Both the position numbers and the translations under genes were made by a program. The notes beneath the pieces are model-generated. The model was not told the DNA's origin. It searched no databases and saw only the letters and a program-made list of their open reading frames with translations. A DNA stretch of 27,539 bases from Ginkgo biloba. Its lineage: Eukaryota > Plantae > Ginkgophyta. Of the stretch, positions 19,960 to 27,539 are shown piece after piece. The stretch lies in assembly GCA_024626585.2 (NCBI GenBank), contig JANKJI020000002.1, positions 16,307,887 through 16,335,425 on the forward strand. Direction: 5' to 3'. Position 1 is the first letter of the stretch; the number at the start of each line of letters is the position of its first letter.

Positions 19960-22394
19960 TCATCCTCCTACCAAGAAGGTACATCAAATCCTACCTGCTA
20001 CGTTCAACCAATCATTTTCCCATGAATTGATTTTGTTGTTTATTTTTTTAATCAAGAAATCCCAAAGTAAAATTTTAGAGAATTAGGACTAGTTAAGATG
20101 CCTAGATACTTGAAAGGGTCTTTGCTATCTCCTTCACCAAACCCAACTACTTTGTTTATTCTCTTCTTCATCCAAGCATCACATTGTAGAAGTAAGTGAG
20201 GATTTTTTAGTCACTCACCTTCTCTCTAGAGGCTAGAGTGTATACTTTAATTACCTTGTTGAATTCTTTGATATTATGCACCAATGCCTCTTCCATCATT
20301 TAAGTACCATCATAGAATTGGGAATGGTTGATGTTATGCATGTTGGATGTAATTTTGATTCCTTTTATTGATCCTTATATTGCCTTATAATTGAATATTC
20401 TACTGATTCCATCAACCAATAGGATAAACAGACTTGGGGATAGCGATCAGTGTTGTCTAAGCCCTTGAAATGATAGGAATAAATCAGTTGGCTCTCTACT
20501 GACCAAAATAGAAAGCTTATGGTTAGAGATGAATGCTCCTACCCATTTCAACCAATGATTATAAAACGTGTATGCATTCAACACTTTCAAAATAAAAACC
20601 TTACTTGGTCCTAGGCATTTGCCATTTCTAGCGTAATTAACATGGATTTGTCTTTCTTTGATTTACTAATTGTAAATCCCCCTATGATACTATTATATTT
20701 TCTATCAACCATCTACCAGGTGTGAACACTTCTTGCTCCTTCAATATCAAACTTGGTAACATATCTATGAGTCTATTTTCCATGAGATTTAAAATTATCT
20801 TATGGCTAGTGTTGCATAGTGATATTGGTCAAAATATTTAGAAATGCCATACATTTCTCTCCTTGGGGATTAAATATAAGAGAGTATATTTATTACATTG
20901 TGTATATTTCTTGATATTCTTAATTCTTCCACCATCTAAATCAGATCTTCCTTGATTATTTCCCAACCATTGAGATAAAAATTCACCTAAAATCCATCAG
21001 GTCCTGATGCTTTGTCTACTTTCATATCCTATAAGGTGGCTTTAAGTTATTTTAGGGTAATTTCTTTACAAAGAGAAACATTTTTATTTCTTGATACTAG
21101 TGTCAAAATATATGATAACAACTTGTCTTACACTTCTTTCCTATCAATTTCTTCCTCCTTTAATAGATTTGGGAAAAACTTCACAGCTTCATCCTAGATT
21201 GAATCCTAATTGTATATAACTTATCCATTATCTTGTTTTATATAGTTGATGAATCTCCCATGTTTCCTTTGAATGTAGGCTTTGTGAAAAAATGTTGAAT
21301 TTTGATCCCCTTTCTCAAGCCAAATTCTTCTGGATTTTAGCCTCCACTTATGCTCTTCATTTGATTCAATCCTATCAAGATCACTTTCCATCTCTAATTC
21401 TTTCCTTCTTAGCTCTAGTGACCAACCCTCTTCAATGTTATTTTTATGGAATTCTTTAAGTTCCTCCATTATGTAAATTCTATGTGTTCATTGATCCTTC
21501 TCATTTGTAACTGCCCATTTTTTAGTTCCATCTTTTACATAGAGCAACTTCTTATGGAAAGTATACATGGTTGTGCCATATCTGGGTTGCCCTCTTTCCC
21601 ACCATAAGCCAACTTTTACATGAATACCACATAGTCACACCAATATGGATCAAATTTAAAAGGTGATATTTTTGTGTTTGGGTAAACCTTTAGCTCTAAA
21701 CACATTGGCCAATGGTCTAACAAATCCCCATCAATAACTTTGGTTTGACACATAATTGAGTATGACATGAAATTGTATGACAAAATGAACTTGTCCAAAT
21801 ATTTTAAGATGAATTTCCTACCTCTTCTTTTGTTATTCCAAGTGAGTCACCTTGAACTTGGTTTGATGTCTATTAATTTATGAGCCTCCATTCCTTTAAG
21901 GATGATATCTCTTATCCATTCAATGTCTCTAAAGATCCCATATTTTTTTCTACCCTCTCCATTACCACATTGAGGTCTCCTCTTATGATAATGTTGTTGG
22001 ATGCTATATGAGAAACTTCTTCCCATGGAAACCCAACACTCAACCTTTCCTCTTGTTGAGTTTGGTGAATATATATTAAAATGTTAAAAAAATTTAGGTT
22101 TACCTTATTTTCTAACAAAATTCAAATCCAATCTCTACCTTTGTCCTTACTAATATAATCCCATATTCGTTCATTCTACATTGTTATCATTCCCCCTAGT
22201 TGTCCATCCAAAGGGATCCATTCCATATTTTATTTTTTTCGCAACATGTCTTTGATATTTAGTAGAGATTCTTTGTTCACTTTAGTTTCTTGAACCAATA
22301 TGACATCTGCCTTTTTTTTTCTTATCTTTCTTTTAAGACATCTTCATTTTTGGGGAGTACCTATTCCCCTTACATTCCATGTGATTAATTTTAT
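19960..22394 (-). mobile_element. Decayed L1-clade LINE ORF2 (APE endonuclease + reverse transcriptase)
   Basis: In order on the minus strand: IKLITWNVRG (22394, ATG decayed to ATA), DVILVQETK, GDLN, DKFILS, LDHWP, PFKFD, WLEKGDQNSTFFH, KASGPDGF, GLRQH*SLSPSLFIL, HQPFPNS (decayed FADD), PFKYLG, and NVAGR near 19995. Many stops and frameshifts are present. Confidence 0.93.
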
Positions 22395-24355
22395 TTTTTA
22401 TTTTTATTCTATCTTTCCTTGTTCTTTGTGAATTTGTAATCCTCAAGAACCATTTGGGAACCCTCTTTTATCTGTTTAATAGTCTACTTAGTGTTTTATC
22501 CCACAATCTTAAGTCTGCCCCTACTTTTTGACGAGCCTCTAGTATCCAAGCTTCCAAAAATGGGATTGTCCACTATAAGAGAGCAAGGAATAAACTCTTG
22601 ATATTCCTCTTCCATTTACTTTTCATATTCTTTCATCCCANNNNNNNNNNNNNNNNNNNNNNNNNNNNNNNNNNNNNNNNNNNNNNNNNNNNNNNNNNNN
22701 NNNNNNNNNNNNNNNNNNNNNNNNNNNNNNNNNNNNNNNNACTACCTTATGACTTTGTATTTGTTGGACATAATATTCCAAAGCATAGTGGGTGATCTCA
22801 AAAATAAAATAATGATGCCCAAGTGAGTTGAGTCCATGGAGAGAAAAAGTTACACATTTAATCCTATCGAGTGCACAATATAGCATGATATGATGACACA
22901 CTCCTATGCATTAGCTTGTGTGCATTGCTCCATAACTCCTATTCATTACTTAATGTTTNNNNNNNNNNNNNNNNNNNNNNNNNNNNNNNNNNNNNNNNNN
23001 NNNNNNNNNNTTATAACTCCTGTTCATAGAGGGAACTTTCCAAGCGATAAATTCTCCTCTTAGCTCTTATTAGCATAACTGTATGCTAGATTTGATCTAA
23101 TCACATCACTTGTGCATCGATTTGTATATGATACAACATCCCTATATATCATATATTACTCCTTCATCATCAACCTCTCCAAGGATACGTCATGACTACA
23201 TAAACCCGTTTACATTATNNNNNNNNNNNNNNNNNNNNNNNNNNNNNNNNNNNNNNNNNNNTCATTTTAATATAGTATTATCACTTGTATTAATGATATT
23301 TTATACGAGCTCCTATAACCATGTTGTAGTCTATTGTGACCATCATGGTATTATGATAGGTTGATTAATTGGACCTTCAATGGAATTGTCCATCTCCTAC
23401 ACGTCACCTCTCTACACATCATTCCTACACTGACAACTTTTATCCTCTTCACATCACATATGCCTCATCTCTATGATTCACTAGAGTTGGGTTTTGGGGA
23501 TGTCAAATGAGTACAATGTTAAGCAAAGAGGAACACGTATTTATGATGAAGATGATATGACATCTACAATAATGTACAGACAGATTAATAGACTTTGAGA
23601 TTAATTTCTAAGGACTTCCTTCCTTTCTATAAATAACCACCAATATTCAAATATCACAACTACATCAATAATATAAACTATGAGTCACATATACCTCTGT
23701 CCATTTATCACACATCATATTTCACATTTGTATTATTACTTCATATTTTTCATGACTAACTCTCATTTCAAGGTTCCAACAAACCCTTGCGTTGTCATCT
23801 TTTATTTATTCATCTTAGCAATCCTTCATTTTTGCACTCATATCCATTCAGACAAATTATATTCATAATTACATCATTGTCTCTTTATTAGATCATTTAT
23901 ATATCATATGATTTTCTTACATAATAATATATGTAGATAATTCAACATTTATCATTTATAGATACAACTATAGATTTGAATGACAGCTCGGTCTATTACC
24001 ATCATTTTGAGCAATTTCATGCAACTGACACATATTGTATTACATCCATGAATCCATATCCTAATGATTATTGAGACATTATTTCCGCAAAAAATCTATT
24101 TTCTTATAATGTAATCCTTGTTCCATGATTCCAACTTCATGCTTTCATATAGTTTTCCTATTTCTTCTCACATCANNNNNNNNNNNNNNNNNNNNNNNNN
24201 NNNNNNNNNNNNNNNNNNNNNNNNNNNNNNNNNNNNNNNNNNNNNNNNNNNNNNNNNNNNNNNNNNNNNNNNNNNTAAACAATTAAATTAAAATCTTAAG
24301 TCCGTAATTGATTACATTGGGAGATTTTGAATCACCCACTGAAAATACAGATTAG

Positions 24356-24456
24356 TTATGCTAGGGTGGTTGTTCAGTAACCTCTTGAATCATCTAATAA
24401 AAACCTTAATCACTACATCATAAGGATATGTTTTGACCGTTGCTTAAAAGGATGCT
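24356..24456 (+). repeat. 101-bp dispersed repeat, copy B
   Basis: Ungapped match to 10962-11062. Confidence 0.88.
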
Positions 24457-25050
24457 CAATTAATGATTTTTTTAATTTGTTCTTTAGTCTTAAAAATTTA
24501 TACAGTTAGGACATTGGTGGAGATGCAAAATCAATGAAGTATATTAGTTTTTTCATTTTGACAGGTTAACATAGTTACCTTTCTTTCCATTGCTTCCTTT
24601 GTGTTTCCTCTCTTAAATGGAGCCTCAACATATATGGATTATATAATAAACTTCTATATTGTTGCTTCAATTTTTAACAACGTTCACTGGTGTCACTCTA
24701 GCTTTCAATATGAGTGTTGCTACAATTCATAACAACACTCAATAACATATTCTCTCTTATATGCTCACCACTTTGACTACTGATAACTACTTTAGGGCTC
24801 TCTTTCAAATGACTTGATTCATGTAGCCCATGTTCTATTCAAATATTCTACTTGCATAAATACACAAGCATATTATCGAAGTATACTCATATGGAAAGAA
24901 GATGAAAAGGTACAGATTGGTAAAACTTGTAAAATGGATTGATAGAGCTGTATTATAAAGAACATACATAGTCAGAGGATATTTTATAGTCTATAAAGCT
25001 AAATATGGTAAAATTTAATACCAATGAATTGTCTAATGTAACAAATTAAC

Positions 25051-25949
25051 AAGACTAAATAGCTAATTCTAAAAAAAATCATGAGAGAAGAAATGAATGA
25101 TAGAGAAAGAAACTAGTGTAGGTATAAAATAACCTACTTAATCATGCTATAGAATAAAAACTCTTCTAATTAGCAATGAAGATGAGAATAAGGCCATTAA
25201 AATGGGAGACTACGAGGATGAGAGTACTATCACTATTAGAGGCAGGTTGTATACCTAATGAAGAAAAGTAAATGTGTATCTCTAATTATAATTACTAAGA
25301 AGTAAAATGGCAAGTTGTAGATATGTGTAGACTTCAAAAAGCTAAATAGTGTGATAAATAAGGACCCATTTCTATCAACTTTTACTAAAGAGATTTTAGA
25401 GAATATGCCAAAAAGAGAGATATGGTCATTCATAGATGGATTTTTGGTTATAATCAAATACAAATTTATTTAGATGATCAATTTAAGACTATTTTAATAA
25501 CTAAATTAGGATCCTATGCTTATAAGGTCATGTCATTTAGATTGACAAATGTGCTAACATCATTATTTAGGATCATTACAACTATCCTTAAGGATTTTAT
25601 TCATAAGTTTCTAGAATTGTTTTTGGATGATTAGTCCATATTTGGATTCATTAGATATAACATTGCACATTTATGTGCAATGTTACAAATATGTAGAGAG
25701 ACTAGAATTTCACTAAATTCAACTAAGTGTGAAATGTTGATACTATTTGGGAAGTTATTAGGATATATAGTTCATAAAGAAGGATTAATTGTAGAACTAG
25801 TAAAAGTATGAATTATATTGGAGTTATATAATTCATTTGAAAGTGATGAATTATAAACCATTCGAAAGTGATTTTTTTTGGAACATATTGGATGCTACAA
25901 AAAAATTATCAAGGGATATGCAAGGATTGCAAGTCCTTTGGAGGAATTA
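25051..25949 (+). mobile_element. Second decayed Ty3/gypsy RT fragment related to 1-1080
   Basis: Nucleotide match to the window start with an internal 187-bp deletion. It reads CVDFKKLN, GYNQIQI, FRLTNV, ELFLDD*, GKLLGYIV, YARIASPLEEL. Confidence 0.92.
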
Positions 25950-26256
25950 NNNNNNNNNNNNNNNNNNNNNNNNNNNNNNNNNNNNNNNNNNNNNNNNNNN
26001 NNNNNNNNNNNNNNNNNNNNNNNNNNNNNNNNNNNNNNNNNNNNNNNNNCTTTATAACCCGTATTTTCCATCAAGTCCCTATGGCCCCTATGTGTCACAA
26101 GGTACCTATGGCCATTTTGTTTCTTATACACCTCTTCACACAGGACATCTATTTATGTAGTTACAAAATCCTCATTTTGTGCCATCCATCTCTACATCAG
26201 TTCCTATGACCAATGTCGGTCCATCTTTCACTACATCTCAGCCATAAGCTTCTAGT

Positions 26257-26463
26257 ATGCTTGTGAACCCTAGAAAATATGTAGTCCAACCAATTGTTAA
26301 CTATTGCAAATTTTACACGGACTACACTAAGAATCCCATTGCCCCAACACTTATTCCAGTTGTGTTACCTACACCACTTTCAGAATTGCCTAAATTCGAT
26401 GGGTCAGTAGGATTCGATCCCACCTCCCATGTTGATGCATTTGCCCTCGTTTTCACATGTTGA
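26257..26463 (+). mobile_element. Ty3/gypsy gag N-terminal fragment
   Basis: A Pro-rich stretch followed by LPKFDGSVGFDPTSHVDAF, the LPKFxG..DP..H...F motif that precedes the retrotransposon gag core. It is truncated immediately after. Confidence 0.75.
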
Positions 26464-26949
26464 TACTCTAAATCTCCACTGTGCACCGCCGACACATGGC
26501 AAGAGAAAACTAAGTCAACAACCTCATTTTTAATAATTTAATGTACTTTTATCATTATTTAAATTGGGAATAGGAATGGGATCTCAATCCCTTCCTTGTG
26601 TTTAAAATATTTCGTGGTGAGAGGGACATTGTTCACACAATCCTACTATTAACCGTTCTAATAAGACAATCCTCTATGTTTGCACTTGGTATTATTTCTA
26701 TCTTGATATGAAATCATTTATGGGTTTCAAAATAATAAGGGCTTCAAACCAAATTTTAATGAAGGGTTTCTTCCTATGGTTGTCATTCAAATATCAAGTA
26801 GATAATAAAGAAAACTACTAGTTAGCTTAGAAAAATCAATCATAACTACAATTCATGTTCTGCATACTCCCATCGTGCCACTATTTATCCCTCTAAGACT
26901 TTAAGAAATGACCTATGAATAGCCCATGTGACCATGGTCCAGAGGTAAA

Positions 26950-27330
26950 AGTGCTGATTGAAATTATTTTGGAGACTATAGGTTATTTTTGTGGTTTTCA
27001 TTAATTATTATTAATTTTTTTTTGTTTGAATGTCATTCGACATTTTTGGTGCAGGCCATGATGAACAAGGGGAAGCAGGGGAGGTTACAATAGGCCTATG
27101 GAGGCCGCGGTGAGTTTGGAAGGGCCGCACACACCTATCATCCCACAACATTGAGAAGGGGGAGCTGAGAAAGTATTGGGAGGACTAGGTAGAGCCATGG
27201 AGAGTCAAGGGAGGCTGGGACCAAGGACAAACACCACAAAACACAGGGAAAAATGGGGGAAATAAGGGAAAAGAGGAGGAAATGGAAAAATGAGACGTCC
27301 CTCCCACCAAGAATGAGTAAGAAGAAAAAT
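26950..27330 (+). mobile_element. LTR-like segment with architecture similar to 3040-3580 (opposite strand)
   Basis: A T-rich tract ending TGCAG is followed by a G/A-rich tract. There are patchy matches to the reverse complement of 3450-3575 (aattattttg, aggtt, tgtcatt, tgcag..g.catg..aaggg). Confidence 0.3.
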
Positions 27331-27539
27331 AAAATTCCCACATACATAATGCATTTTCACCATAAAATGGTAATGTCAATGCCTACAAACCAACAACAGA
27401 TTGGTTTGGAAGTCTATTGATTCATGTGCATCATATACAACATTTCAACAAAATAAAAATGTAGAGGAGAAGAAGAATACACCACTACACCTCCCAAATC
27501 AATTCTTTAATTATAAAAACTCTCAAATATTCCAATCAA

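Larger units (their letters stand above)
1733..26049. other. Assembly structure: 15 spacers of exactly 100 N
   Basis: 1733-1832, 2841-2940, 3995-4094, 8071-8170, 9868-9967, 11064-11163, 12377-12476, 13734-13833, 15159-15258, 16467-16566, 17753-17852, 19445-19544, 22641-22740, 24176-24275 and 25950-26049. The smallest block is 1008 bp. Confidence 0.97.

Noticed and set aside
23340-23880. tRNA-Met PBS (tggtatta at ~23346) and an LTR with TATA ctataaat at ~23627
   Set aside because: The PBS match is weak, and no TSD or confident termini were found. It is probably LTR debris but cannot be delimited.
24711-24741. Short hairpins (also ~26572-26596 and ~27386-27408) as terminators
   Set aside because: Stems of 8-10 bp are expected by chance in 27 kb of AT-rich DNA, and intrinsic terminators do not apply in this context.

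Overview
Eukaryotic, AT-rich, repeat-dominated DNA. It is most likely from a large land-plant genome; the retroelement motifs look gymnosperm-like, but that is an inference. The window is not one contiguous locus. Fifteen spacers of exactly 100 N split it into 16 blocks (each >=1.0 kb), and 12 more variable-length gaps lie inside blocks, so adjacency across the 100-N spacers is unreliable. I find no intact protein-coding, rRNA or tRNA gene and no CRISPR array. Recognisable content is decayed: two copies of a non-chromovirus Ty3/gypsy RT(-RNase H), a chromovirus-type integrase, a gypsy aspartic protease, a gag fragment, a 3' LTR with its polypurine tract (PPT), two tRNA-Asp primer-binding-site (PBS) relics, about 2.4 kb of L1-type LINE ORF2, and an HSP70 pseudogene fragment. 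The most interesting unexplained structures are (i) a 30-bp-period array whose palindromic cores co-vary (16077-16405), (ii) a 41-bp-stem G:U-rich hairpin with an inverted second copy 1.9 kb away next to a second hairpin carrying a G-quadruplex motif in its loop, (iii) two paralogous ~290-bp units that look like acceptor + 71-nt exon + 3' UTR, and (iv) a decayed exon bracketed by clusters of alternating-orientation TACTTGCA motifs. All identities and counts were made by hand, and no database search was run.
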